In this document: positions 29,108 to 38,364 of the stretch, piece by piece
Layout: each line of letters starts with the position of its first letter
Position numbering within the stretch: the stretch's first letter is position 1
IMG/VR virus record: IMGVR_UViG_3300025121_000023
Span: 48,561 to 112,560 of that record
Length of the DNA stretch: 64,000 nucleotides
Source of the DNA: a virus
Reading direction: 5' to 3' (one strand)
The notes under the pieces: generated by a model
Database searches by the model: none
What the model was told of the DNA's origin: nothing
Seen by the model: only the letters and a program-made list of their open reading frames with translations
Translations under genes and position numbers: made by a program

Positions 29108-30677
29108 AAATTATAATGAATATTTATTTGAATTATTATTTGAACAAATCGATAACGAATTACCTGTTAAAATAAGTGATAGATTGTTAAACATATTGAT
29201 AGAAATTAAACATCCTATTTCTACATATTTATCTAGTCTTAATTCAATGAATATTAATAAACCAATTACATTAATTGATTATGATGATGATAATTTAGAT
29301 AAATTTACATTAGCACAATCTGAAAAAATTTATGATTATATCAGAAAATTATTAGGTGATTATAAAAATAAAGAAACACTAAAACACCTTTTTATTTCAA
29401 ATTATAAAGATAAAGATTTTTGGGATAAAAACAGAACATCATATAAAATAGGAAAAGTTATAAATAGATTACAACCAGGTAGATTTTTACCAAACGGAAA
29501 ACCAGGTGAAGACATTGAATCGTTCATTAATGAAATAAAATCAGCAAGAACAAACATTTTCTCAAAATTTAAAATAGTAGAAGGTAATGAATTAAAAAAA
29601 TACTATAATCAAAACACATACGAATATGGTAAAAATTCAACTTTACATAACTCTTGTATGAGATATGATTATTGTTCTGATTATTTTAATTTTCTTATTA
29701 TAAATAATGTTAAGATGTTAATTTTAATGTCAGATAATAATAAAGATAAAATAAAAGGTAGAGCATTAATTTGGAAATTAAGTGAGTTAAATCATAAAGA
29801 TACTAATAGAATATTTATGGATAGAATTTATACAATAAATGATTATGATGTATATAAGTTTAAAAGTTATGCTAAAAAAGAAGGTTGGTTATATAAAGAT
29901 ATCCAAAATAATTCAACAAATCGGATTGTTGATCCGTTAGATAATACTATAAAGGAAAGATATATGAAAATTAATAATATAGAATATACGTTTCCATTTC
30001 CTTATATGGATTCATTTAAATATTATAATACAGATAAAGAATATTTATCAACTACGTTTGATGATGATTATGAATATGAATTAAATTCAACTGATGGTGG
30101 TTATATTGATAAAGAAGATAATGAATTCAGTTATTTTACAAACGAATGGGCATCTTTAAATTACGCAGAAGAACATTGGAATTATTCAGAAAAAGAAAAT
30201 ACTTGGATAAATAAAGAAGATAGTGTTTATGTTGATCATATACAAACATATGTTTCTAGATATTATGCATTAGACAATTATGCATATAATAAACACGATG
30301 ATAAATTTTATGATAGAGATTATTGTGAATATTCTGATACAAACTATAATTGGATTCCTAAAAAATATGCTATAGAAGTTTTTGATTATATTGATAGAGA
30401 AGATAATGGAATCGAATGGCGAGATATTAGAGATAAAGATTATATAAAATTGTTAAATAAAAATGGTAAAATAGAATATTATGATGAACATTTTAAAGAT
30501 GAATTTGATATAAAATATGATTTTAATAAAAAAATGGATTATTATGAAATGAAAAAGAGACTTAAAGTCTCTTTTTTTTATTTTTTAGATTTTTTAGGTT
30601 TTTCATCATTAAGAAGATTATCCATACTTACATCAGCAGACATACGATATACTTTTGTAGCTCTAGATATATTTTGA
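29094..30677 (+). CDS. Paralog of 27275; 3' end reads through a terminator-like hairpin
   Basis: NSCMR, GRALIWK, MDRIY and PYMDS motifs. The last ~33 codons are antisense to the VWA gene. Confidence 0.75.
   Translation: MKIIKNYNEYLFELLFEQIDNELPVKISDRLLNILIEIKHPISTYLSSLNSMNINKPITLIDYDDDNLDKFTLAQSEKIYDYIRKLLGDYKNKETLKHLFISNYKDKDFWDKNRTSYKIGKVINRLQPGRFLPNGKPGEDIESFINEIKSARTNIFSKFKIVEGNELKKYYNQNTYEYGKNSTLHNSCMRYDYCSDYFNFLIINNVKMLILMSDNNKDKIKGRALIWKLSELNHKDTNRIFMDRIYTINDYDVYKFKSYAKKEGWLYKDIQNNSTNRIVDPLDNTIKERYMKINNIEYTFPFPYMDSFKYYNTDKEYLSTTFDDDYEYELNSTDGGYIDKEDNEFSYFTNEWASLNYAEEHWNYSEKENTWINKEDSVYVDHIQTYVSRYYALDNYAYNKHDDKFYDRDYCEYSDTNYNWIPKKYAIEVFDYIDREDNGIEWRDIRDKDYIKLLNKNGKIEYYDEHFKDEFDIKYDFNKKMDYYEMKKRLKVSFFYFLDFLGFSSLRRLSILTSADIRYTFVALDIF
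30552..30579. terminator. Bidirectional terminator-like hairpin
   Basis: aaaaagagac-ttaaa-gtctctttttttt. Confidence 0.7.
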
Positions 30678-31219
30678 TAAGCATCAGATAAACCTACACT
30701 ATTGTTAGCAAAAGCATATGAATTACCTCTTGATATACCGATTGATTCTGCGGTAAATGCCGCATTTTCATCAGCCCCCAAAAATATAAATTCCCAATTA
30801 AAATCATCTTTCATTTCTTGAACTAATTTTTTTGTTTGCTCTTTTGAAAATTGTTTACTATTGTTTTCTTGACCATCTGTCAATATTACACAGAGAGTTT
30901 TTTCAGGTCTTTTATCTTTTGGTAAATTGCCAAGTTTATTAATTTCATTGTTAATTGTTTTACATACAGAATCATAAATTTTTGTCATACCACCAGTTAC
31001 ATAATTATTTTTATCAAATAATTTGCATTCTTGAATATCTTGATCATCATAAAGTGGTTTATAAACATCACTAAATAGTATTGTTGATACTAACGCATTA
31101 CCATCAACTGATTTTTGTTCTGTTAAGAATTCATTAAATCCGTTTATTGCCATATCAATCATCGAACTCATCGAACCTGATTTATCTATTATATTTATTA
31201 TTTTTACATATTTTTTCAT
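30578..31219 (-). CDS. von Willebrand factor A domain protein
   Basis: MIDAS DKSGS, GGMTKIYD, LTDGQEN and WEFIFLGA motifs. Confidence 0.85.
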   Translation of the reverse strand: MKKYVKIINIIDKSGSMSSMIDMAINGFNEFLTEQKSVDGNALVSTILFSDVYKPLYDDQDIQECKLFDKNNYVTGGMTKIYDSVCKTINNEINKLGNLPKDKRPEKTLCVILTDGQENNSKQFSKEQTKKLVQEMKDDFNWEFIFLGADENAAFTAESIGISRGNSYAFANNSVGLSDAYQNISRATKVYRMSADVSMDNLLNDEKPKKSKK

Positions 31220-31230
31220 TTTTTCTAATA

Positions 31231-32040
31231 TTATTTTTTAAAATCGCTATGATTTTTTATTTTCTTTTTACTATTTATTGATCTTTTAGTAATACATAAA
31301 TTATTTATACTAGCTATTATATGTGGATTTATATTGTTTTTAAATCCATAAAAAACACTTATTTTATGATCAATTGTTGGGTATAATTTATTACTATAAT
31401 GTAATTTTAAATAATCTTCTATATATTCATTGTCATAATAATCTAAACCATCCCAATTTTCAAATAGTTTATTTTTTAATCTTCTAGTTAATTTATTTAT
31501 TAAATCTCTATAAACAGTATAATCATTTTTTTGGATATTGGAACATTGTAGTCCTTTATCTTCTTTTGTTTTTCTTATTTTATTTAATACTTCATCACAT
31601 TCAAAAATATTATATGTTCCGAATTTATCGAATATAGTTTTTTTTGATTTTTTCATTATTTCTTCTGATTGTGCTGAACATATATGTCCATATTTATCTA
31701 AATTAGTATTATACATTTTTTCTTTAACACTATCTACTTTCATAACATTATCAACTCCGTATTTTTCAATACAAGTTTTTTTAATATCTATGTTAGCTGA
31801 ACATTTTTTACAATAATAATGTCCTTTTCTTTTTATAATAGTATTGTATGCTTTATATGTTTTAATAAATTCTTTTTTACAATTATCACATATAGCTGTT
31901 ATTTTAATATGAGAAGATTTAGATAATTTATTAATATCAATATCAATTAAATCATTTTTATTAAAATCTTTGTTATTGATATAAATGCGATAATGTTTAA
32001 GATTTTTAAATCTAATCTTAATAAATTTTTCTTTAATCAT
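31231..32040 (-). CDS. Putative HNH-type homing endonuclease (family A)
   Basis: KYG repeats and WDGLDYYD...YPTIDHKISVFYGF...NLCITKRSINS. The start at 32040 is preferred over 32148. Confidence 0.65.
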   Translation of the reverse strand: MIKEKFIKIRFKNLKHYRIYINNKDFNKNDLIDIDINKLSKSSHIKITAICDNCKKEFIKTYKAYNTIIKRKGHYYCKKCSANIDIKKTCIEKYGVDNVMKVDSVKEKMYNTNLDKYGHICSAQSEEIMKKSKKTIFDKFGTYNIFECDEVLNKIRKTKEDKGLQCSNIQKNDYTVYRDLINKLTRRLKNKLFENWDGLDYYDNEYIEDYLKLHYSNKLYPTIDHKISVFYGFKNNINPHIIASINNLCITKRSINSKKKIKNHSDFKK

Positions 32041-32157
32041 AAGACATAAATAAGTTTTTAATTTATTAATTAAATAATAAATAGAATTGAAAAACTTATT
32101 TATATTTATATCTGCTAATAAAAAATTATCAACAAAACCGCCTTCCATAATTATATA

Positions 32158-33036
32158 TTAAATTTTTTCGCCACATTTTGGGCAATAATTAAATTTACGG
32201 TTTCTCAATCTATAACCGCAATCGCTACAATAATCTCGTATTTTAAAATCATATTCTTCTTTTTGTGATACTGGTTTAAGTTGGAATTCAACTATATAAA
32301 ATGGATGATTTTCAAATTCTATTTCTACTTGATGAAAATCTTGATTAGATTCACTTCCTTTTTCAATTCTTCCGGTTTCTTCTAAACTTTCATTTATTTT
32401 AGTAATTTCACTATCAAAATTAACATATATAGGTGAATAATATGAAGAAGCTGTTGTTGTAACAAAATCAGTACCAGCAGTAGAATTTATAAGTGCATTA
32501 TAAGAATAATGATTATATATTCTTGAATTAGAATTCTTAGAATTAATATCAGTAAAAGTTCCTTTTAATTCTGATTTATCTGTTCTTTTACGTTTACGAT
32601 TACCTTTTCCTGGTTTTTGACTATTTGTATAGATATACGTATTAGAACTCGTATAGGTTTGAACTTGTTTTTCTTTAAAGAATTTAATTTCAATTATACC
32701 ATTATTTTCGACAGCTTTTTTAGAAGCTTCGTTACCTTTATCGTATGTATATGTTTCAAATATCATACGTTTTTTGTCATCTACAAATCGGTCTAATGTA
32801 GTGACTTCGCCTGGATTTAAAATTAATAAATTATTAGAAAACTTTTTATTTAATCCAATTTGAACACCAACCTTTTCGCTCAATGGATTGAATAAGCGAA
32901 TTGCAAATTCTTGTCTATTTTCCAAAAAGATAATGTTGTTTTGATAAGTTTTTGTTTCGTCAAGGGAACTTGTCCTTGCATTTCTTGATAGTATTACCGC
33001 AGAGGGCATACTATCGTTTAAACGATAATGTGTCAT
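32158..33036 (-). CDS. Hypothetical protein with C-terminal zinc ribbon
   Basis: YCSDCG...YCPKCG at the C-terminus and an internal ETGRIEKG motif. Confidence 0.75.
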   Translation of the reverse strand: MTHYRLNDSMPSAVILSRNARTSSLDETKTYQNNIIFLENRQEFAIRLFNPLSEKVGVQIGLNKKFSNNLLILNPGEVTTLDRFVDDKKRMIFETYTYDKGNEASKKAVENNGIIEIKFFKEKQVQTYTSSNTYIYTNSQKPGKGNRKRKRTDKSELKGTFTDINSKNSNSRIYNHYSYNALINSTAGTDFVTTTASSYYSPIYVNFDSEITKINESLEETGRIEKGSESNQDFHQVEIEFENHPFYIVEFQLKPVSQKEEYDFKIRDYCSDCGYRLRNRKFNYCPKCGEKI

Positions 33037-33257
33037 TTTATAAATTTTATTTTTTGTTTGTGAGTTGCTAGTTTTTTTCTTGCTAAATTAACAAGTTTAA
33101 GCCTTTTTACTGACTCAAAACCAACAAAACCAAATTTATCTTACATATATATATAATTTATATGCCCCGTCAAAGAAAACCGTTAAATCTTTATTTTATG
33201 TGATGAATTTGACTTTTTTGGCTTTCATTATTTAATATATATAATAATTAAATAAAA

Positions 33258-33521
33258 GTTCTTTGAAATGATTTAATGGTTTTGATCTACAAACCTAGAT
33301 TAAGTAAAATCATTGAGGTTTAAGTATGTAAATACTTGATAGTCAAACATTTAACGAAAACCAAGTTAAGTGTCATTAAAAATGTTTAAAAATATTTTTA
33401 AACTGTGTGTCAGGGACTGATTTCGCAGTATAAACAAAAAGACGGTGAGGCGTTGACAATAGTCAAGTCTATGAAACGTTGAAACACATTAATATTTATT
33501 TGATGTGTAGTTCATATAATA
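33258..33521 (+). ncRNA. Candidate structured non-coding RNA
   Basis: ORF-free and GC-richer than its flanks, with at least 7 hairpins. Preceded by the phage promoter motif and the boxA-like GTTCTTTGAAA. Confidence 0.55.
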
Positions 33522-33541
33522 GTTTAATTATTTTTAATATA

Positions 33542-33928
33542 TTAATTCATTTTGCACATTACATCTTTTATTTTTAAATATCTAGTTTCTAAAGGATTTA
33601 GGTATCTAAATCTACTATTTTTATATGTTTTTTTTATATCAAAATCATTTATAATATGTACAACATTTTCATCACCATCTATAACAGTATAGGTTTTACC
33701 GATTTTTACCCCAATTACATCTTTAGATCGATGATATTTGAAAAATGAACCACGAACATCAATACATATTATTATATCGTTTTTTTTAAAAGCCATTTTT
33801 ATTTCTAATTTTGAGTTAATGAATCCTGGATTACATACTAAGTCGAATGTTAGTATTTTTTGTATATCTACTGTTCCACGTGGAACATTTTTAAATACCA
33901 TTTCTAATGAAATTATTTTATTTTTCAA
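33542..33928 (-). CDS. Hypothetical protein
   Basis: 128 aa; contains a parS palindrome read as VPRGT. Confidence 0.55.
   Translation of the reverse strand: MKNKIISLEMVFKNVPRGTVDIQKILTFDLVCNPGFINSKLEIKMAFKKNDIIICIDVRGSFFKYHRSKDVIGVKIGKTYTVIDGDENVVHIINDFDIKKTYKNSRFRYLNPLETRYLKIKDVMCKMN
33872..33887. promoter_or_regulatory. parS-consensus palindrome (copy 1)
   Basis: TGTTCCACGTGGAACA, a perfect 16-bp palindrome. Confidence 0.75.
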
Positions 33929-34292
33929 CTTTGTTCATTAAGTTAATCAATTTTAACTTTCTTTCAAAACCTTTTATGATATTTTTTATATTTTCTTTAA
34001 GACTAGGATTAATTTTAGTATTTGCTGATGATAAAATTTTATATATTTTTAACAATTCATTTTCTATTATAGTTTTAGAATTACCTATTACATTAGGTGG
34101 TGGATAAATACATTCTACTTTTGTTTGTTGGTCACGTACAGGAAGCCAATACATTTTTACATTCTTATTAGTATCGTTATACATTTGACTATACATACTT
34201 ATGATTTCATGTATTGTTTGTTTAGCTCGTTGTACTGATAATCCATCTATATTAATATAGATTGCTAATATTATTAATTCTTTTTCTTTCAT
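33918..34292 (-). CDS. Hypothetical protein
   Basis: 124-aa ORF. Confidence 0.65.
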   Translation of the reverse strand: MKEKELIILAIYINIDGLSVQRAKQTIHEIISMYSQMYNDTNKNVKMYWLPVRDQQTKVECIYPPPNVIGNSKTIIENELLKIYKILSSANTKINPSLKENIKNIIKGFERKLKLINLMNKVEK

Positions 34293-34425
34293 ATTATATT
34301 CTTTTTTAAAAATCCTAATCTACTATATGTATATTATATGAACTACATAATCTTAAGTTTAAATTATTTTTAAATTTCTAAATTGTCTGTTTTTATTTTA
34401 ATATATAAAAATAAAACTTATTGTA

Positions 34426-36021
34426 ATGATTTTGTCTAAGTATGTTAATATAAAGATTTCTAATAATTTAATTAATTATTATACTATTTTAAATTATGAA
34501 TTTAATTCTAATGAAATTATAAAAGTATTAGTTAAAGATTTACCTAAAAACAGTAGTCATAAAGTTAAAGTTAAATGTGATATTTGCAATAATGAAAAAG
34601 AAATATCATTAAATAGATATATAATTAATACTAAAAATAAAACATTACCTTATGCATGTAGTAGAATGTGTGCTGAAATAAAAAATAAAAATACGTGTTT
34701 AAAAAAATATGGAGTTGATAATATATCAAAATTGGATTTTATTAAAAATAAAAAAGAAAAAACTTGTTTAGATAATTTTGATGTTAAGTATCCACAACAA
34801 TCTAATGAAATTTTTTTAAAATCAAAAAAAACTAAAAAAGAAAAATATAATAACGAAAATTATAATAATTCGAAAAAAAGAAAAAAAACTAATATAGATA
34901 AATATGGTTTCATATCACCAACACAAAATGAACATATTATTAAAAAAATAAAAGATAAACAATTTATATTTTATAAAAATATTATATTAAATAAATATAA
35001 ACATTTAAATATAATAGATTATGATATTGATGATAAATATATTTTAAAATGTGATTGTGGAAAAAATCATAATTTCAAAATACATTATAAATTAATATGG
35101 CATAGATCTAAAAACAATAGTCCTTTATGTACTATATGCAATCCGATTAGCAAAAATATATCAGGATTAGAAATATCATTATTAAATTTTATAAAAGAAA
35201 ACTATAAAGAAGAAATTATTATAAATAATAGAAATATAATAAATCCTTATGAATTAGATATTTATTTACCCGATTTAAAATTAGCATTTGAATTTAATGG
35301 ACTATATTGGCATAATGAATTAAATAAAGATAAAAATTATCATAAAAATAAATCTGATTTATGTGAAGAAAAAGGAATTCAATTAATTCATATTTACGAA
35401 GACGATTGGATTTATAAACAAGATATAATTAAATCAATGATATTAAATAAGTTAGGTAAAACATCAAATAGAATATTTGCAAGAAAAACTGAAATAAAGG
35501 AAGTAACAGATAACAATTTAGTTAGAGAATTTTTAGAAGAAAATCACATTCAAGGATTTGTTGGTTCAAAAGTTAAAGTAGGATTATTTTATAAAGATGA
35601 ATTAGTTAGTTTAATGACTTTTGGTAAAACCAGAAAACCACTCGGGCAAAAAAATAATGATAAATCATATGAAATGTTAAGATTTTGTAATAAACTAAAT
35701 ACAAATGTAATTGGAGGGGCAAGTAAACTATTTGAATATTTTATTAAAAATTATGAATTTGAAGAAATAATAACATATGCAGATAGAAGTCATTCGAATG
35801 GTAAATTATATAAAATATTGGGATTCAAATTTATACATAAAACCGATTCAAATTATTATTATATTATAGATGGAATAAAACATTATAGATTTGGATTTAG
35901 AAAAGATATTTTAGTTAAAGAAGGATATGATGCAAACAAAACAGAACACGAAATTATGTTAGAAAGAAATATTTATAGAATTTATAATTCTGGTAATTTA
36001 AAATTTAAATATTTAAGATAA
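34426..36021 (+). CDS. Hef-like endonuclease with GNAT/Mom-like C-terminal domain (family C)
   Basis: Same architecture as 25594; the C-terminal ~280 aa are highly similar. Confidence 0.7.
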   Translation: MILSKYVNIKISNNLINYYTILNYEFNSNEIIKVLVKDLPKNSSHKVKVKCDICNNEKEISLNRYIINTKNKTLPYACSRMCAEIKNKNTCLKKYGVDNISKLDFIKNKKEKTCLDNFDVKYPQQSNEIFLKSKKTKKEKYNNENYNNSKKRKKTNIDKYGFISPTQNEHIIKKIKDKQFIFYKNIILNKYKHLNIIDYDIDDKYILKCDCGKNHNFKIHYKLIWHRSKNNSPLCTICNPISKNISGLEISLLNFIKENYKEEIIINNRNIINPYELDIYLPDLKLAFEFNGLYWHNELNKDKNYHKNKSDLCEEKGIQLIHIYEDDWIYKQDIIKSMILNKLGKTSNRIFARKTEIKEVTDNNLVREFLEENHIQGFVGSKVKVGLFYKDELVSLMTFGKTRKPLGQKNNDKSYEMLRFCNKLNTNVIGGASKLFEYFIKNYEFEEIITYADRSHSNGKLYKILGFKFIHKTDSNYYYIIDGIKHYRFGFRKDILVKEGYDANKTEHEIMLERNIYRIYNSGNLKFKYLR

Positions 36022-37527
36022 TTCTTTTTCTAATTGTTTTAGTTCTCTTTCATAATCTTTTAATTCTTCATTAGCATCCATCATCATTTTTTTATATTTT
36101 TTACGTTCTTTATAAATTTCAGCCATAACTTGTTTAACTACACCATCTTCATTTTTAAATACAGCACCATTTAATGTTATGATATCATCTTTATCTAATT
36201 GAATTTTATGACCATTAAATATTGAATATACTGGTTCATCAGTATTATGTAATTGTTTAATTATATCATAAATTGTTTTGCCTTTATCTTTTAATAATTG
36301 TCCTTTATAACTATCAGCACTAATATTAAATTGTCTCATTGTAGTCGGATACAATGATGCAAAATCGAAACAACAAGTCCAACTATTCATTCCAACAATA
36401 GGGTCTTTAACCCAACCACCTTTAACTAATAATTCAACATCGTTTGTAACATCACTATGTGTATTATCTTTAACAAATACTACATTTTTTTCATTTCTCA
36501 TTTTACTTCTTAATATTCCTTCAGTAACGGGTAATGTTTTAAAAGCATCTGTTATTTTAACTTTTGATAATGTAGATATACCATATAAAACATCAATATA
36601 TCTTTGTTTATTGTGTATTTGTTGTACTAGAATTGAATCGACAGCATTGTATAAAACAAATTTAGTATAATCATTTGCATATAAATATTTTAAATTTCCT
36701 TCATAATTAATTTTTTTCACACCTAATATATTTTGAGATACAAAATCTAGTGAATTAGACTCCTTGACCTTAATTGTTGAATCCCATTTTGCATATAATT
36801 CCATATAATCTACTATTATTCTATGTGCAGGAAGTTCAGAATTATCATTTTCTTCCCATGCTTTTCTCAATACACCAGTAAAAGAAGATATTGTCGGATC
36901 AATTCCTAAATTTCGTGCTCTATTAACAAGATACACCCAATCATAACTAATTACATACCAACCTGTTATAACTGGCATCTTTGGTATAAGAACTTTGAAA
37001 AAATTCAGTAACATATCATATTCACTATCATATTGTTTATATAGAAATTCATATTTTGTACCGAATTTTTCAAATTGGTTATTAATGTTACTTTCTACAG
37101 AATCAGATTGTGATTTATTAAATTTTTTAGTTCCTATAACAAGTACTTTATTTTTATTAACTATTGATATAGTTTGAACTTCCCCGTTTGCTTTTAATGG
37201 ATTAATTTTTTCATCTAAAATCTCATTTTCTATATCCACAAAAAATATTTCAGGTTCATTATATTCGAATATCATTTCTTTTTCTTCATTAGGTAATGCA
37301 TCTAAAAAATCATAAACACTATAACGGTTGGGATATCGGCTGTAAATTTCTTTCACCGTATTACCATTCCAGGTGACAAATTTACCATGTCTATCTCTAT
37401 CATCTTCTTCACATATTATAAATTTTGTCGGATTTGGCCAATTATAATATTTAAGTTTGATACTACCATGTTTATCTATATAACTTACAATAAGTTTTTG
37501 TGATCTAAATTCATAATCTACGAGCAT
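36013..37527 (-). CDS. Family B DNA polymerase, N-terminal part (exonuclease, motif A, first finger helix)
   Basis: ExoI FVDIE, ExoII GWY..SYD, ExoIII YNAVD, KGGWV and motif A DFASLYP. It stops after ERKKYKK with no KxxxNSxYG or YGDTDS. Confidence 0.88.
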   Translation of the reverse strand: MLVDYEFRSQKLIVSYIDKHGSIKLKYYNWPNPTKFIICEEDDRDRHGKFVTWNGNTVKEIYSRYPNRYSVYDFLDALPNEEKEMIFEYNEPEIFFVDIENEILDEKINPLKANGEVQTISIVNKNKVLVIGTKKFNKSQSDSVESNINNQFEKFGTKYEFLYKQYDSEYDMLLNFFKVLIPKMPVITGWYVISYDWVYLVNRARNLGIDPTISSFTGVLRKAWEENDNSELPAHRIIVDYMELYAKWDSTIKVKESNSLDFVSQNILGVKKINYEGNLKYLYANDYTKFVLYNAVDSILVQQIHNKQRYIDVLYGISTLSKVKITDAFKTLPVTEGILRSKMRNEKNVVFVKDNTHSDVTNDVELLVKGGWVKDPIVGMNSWTCCFDFASLYPTTMRQFNISADSYKGQLLKDKGKTIYDIIKQLHNTDEPVYSIFNGHKIQLDKDDIITLNGAVFKNEDGVVKQVMAEIYKERKKYKKMMMDANEELKDYERELKQLEKELS

Positions 37528-37629
37528 TCTATTTAATGGTTTTTTTTGTTTATAACCCCATAATCTTTTAACATTTTTTGGGTTTTAAAATTTTATATAT
37601 GCTTATATAAAAATAATATTATTTAGTTT

Positions 37630-37917
37630 ATGGATAAATAAGGAAAATTTTTAATAAAAGCATTTAAAAAACATAGTCAAAAATATGATTATAGTTTAGT
37701 TAAAAATAAAAATTATAGAATAAAGATTAAAATAATTTGTTAAGAACACGATGAACTTAATCAAGAACTATTAAATTATTTAAGATGATAAGACTGCCCA
37801 AAATATGTAGGTGTTAAAAAAAGTACAAAAGATGATTTTGTACAAAATGCAAGTATAATTCATAATAATAAATATTATTATTCGAAAATTGTATATAAAA
37901 ATAACAAAAATGAAAAA
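37630..37917 (+). pseudogene. Decayed family B endonuclease fragment
   Basis: MDK*GKFLIKAFKKHSQKYDYSLV...KIKIIC*EH...**DCPK...IHNNKYYYSKIVYKNNK, with four in-frame stops. Confidence 0.75.
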
Positions 37918-38331
37918 TTATTTACCAAAACCCATTTTCCTAAAATCTGGTTCAATTGTTGGTATAGGATGACCGTTTCTATCTAAATCACCTGGCATAC
38001 CATCTTGTAAATACGCACCACTTTCATGTGGGACATCATTTTCATCATAAGGTGGACGACACACAGTAGGATTATCTTCTTTTGATTCTAGAACATCTTC
38101 TTCCCAATCATAATCAAATTCAATTTCATATTTATTTAATATTGATTTTAATCTAGAAGCATCTAAGTCATCTGTTATAACAATTTTAAACGGTTCTTTG
38201 ACATCTATTGTATGTTTAGTTACTTTTTTACTAGTATCCCATGAACGTATAGCTCTACTATTTTCATCGCTAAATAGGTTTTCTATTCCTTCATTAACAA
38301 ATTTTTTAAAATTGGTTTTTAAATATTTCAT
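37918..38331 (-). CDS. Hypothetical protein with CTS-like leader
   Basis: Begins MKYLKTNFKKFVNE. Confidence 0.7.
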   Translation of the reverse strand: MKYLKTNFKKFVNEGIENLFSDENSRAIRSWDTSKKVTKHTIDVKEPFKIVITDDLDASRLKSILNKYEIEFDYDWEEDVLESKEDNPTVCRPPYDENDVPHESGAYLQDGMPGDLDRNGHPIPTIEPDFRKMGFGK

Positions 38332-38364
38332 GTTTTGTTTTTAATTTTTATTATATATTAAATA

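Noticed and set aside
33258-33521. tmRNA, SRP RNA or hammerhead identity for the ncRNA candidate
   Set aside because: There is no tRNA-Ala-like acceptor or T arm with CCA, no GNRA-capped SRP helix 8 and no CUGANGA core.
34317-34344. dif site
   Set aside because: The spacer and right arm are loosely similar but the left arm does not fit XerC consensus. Kept only as a remark in the inverted-repeat finding.
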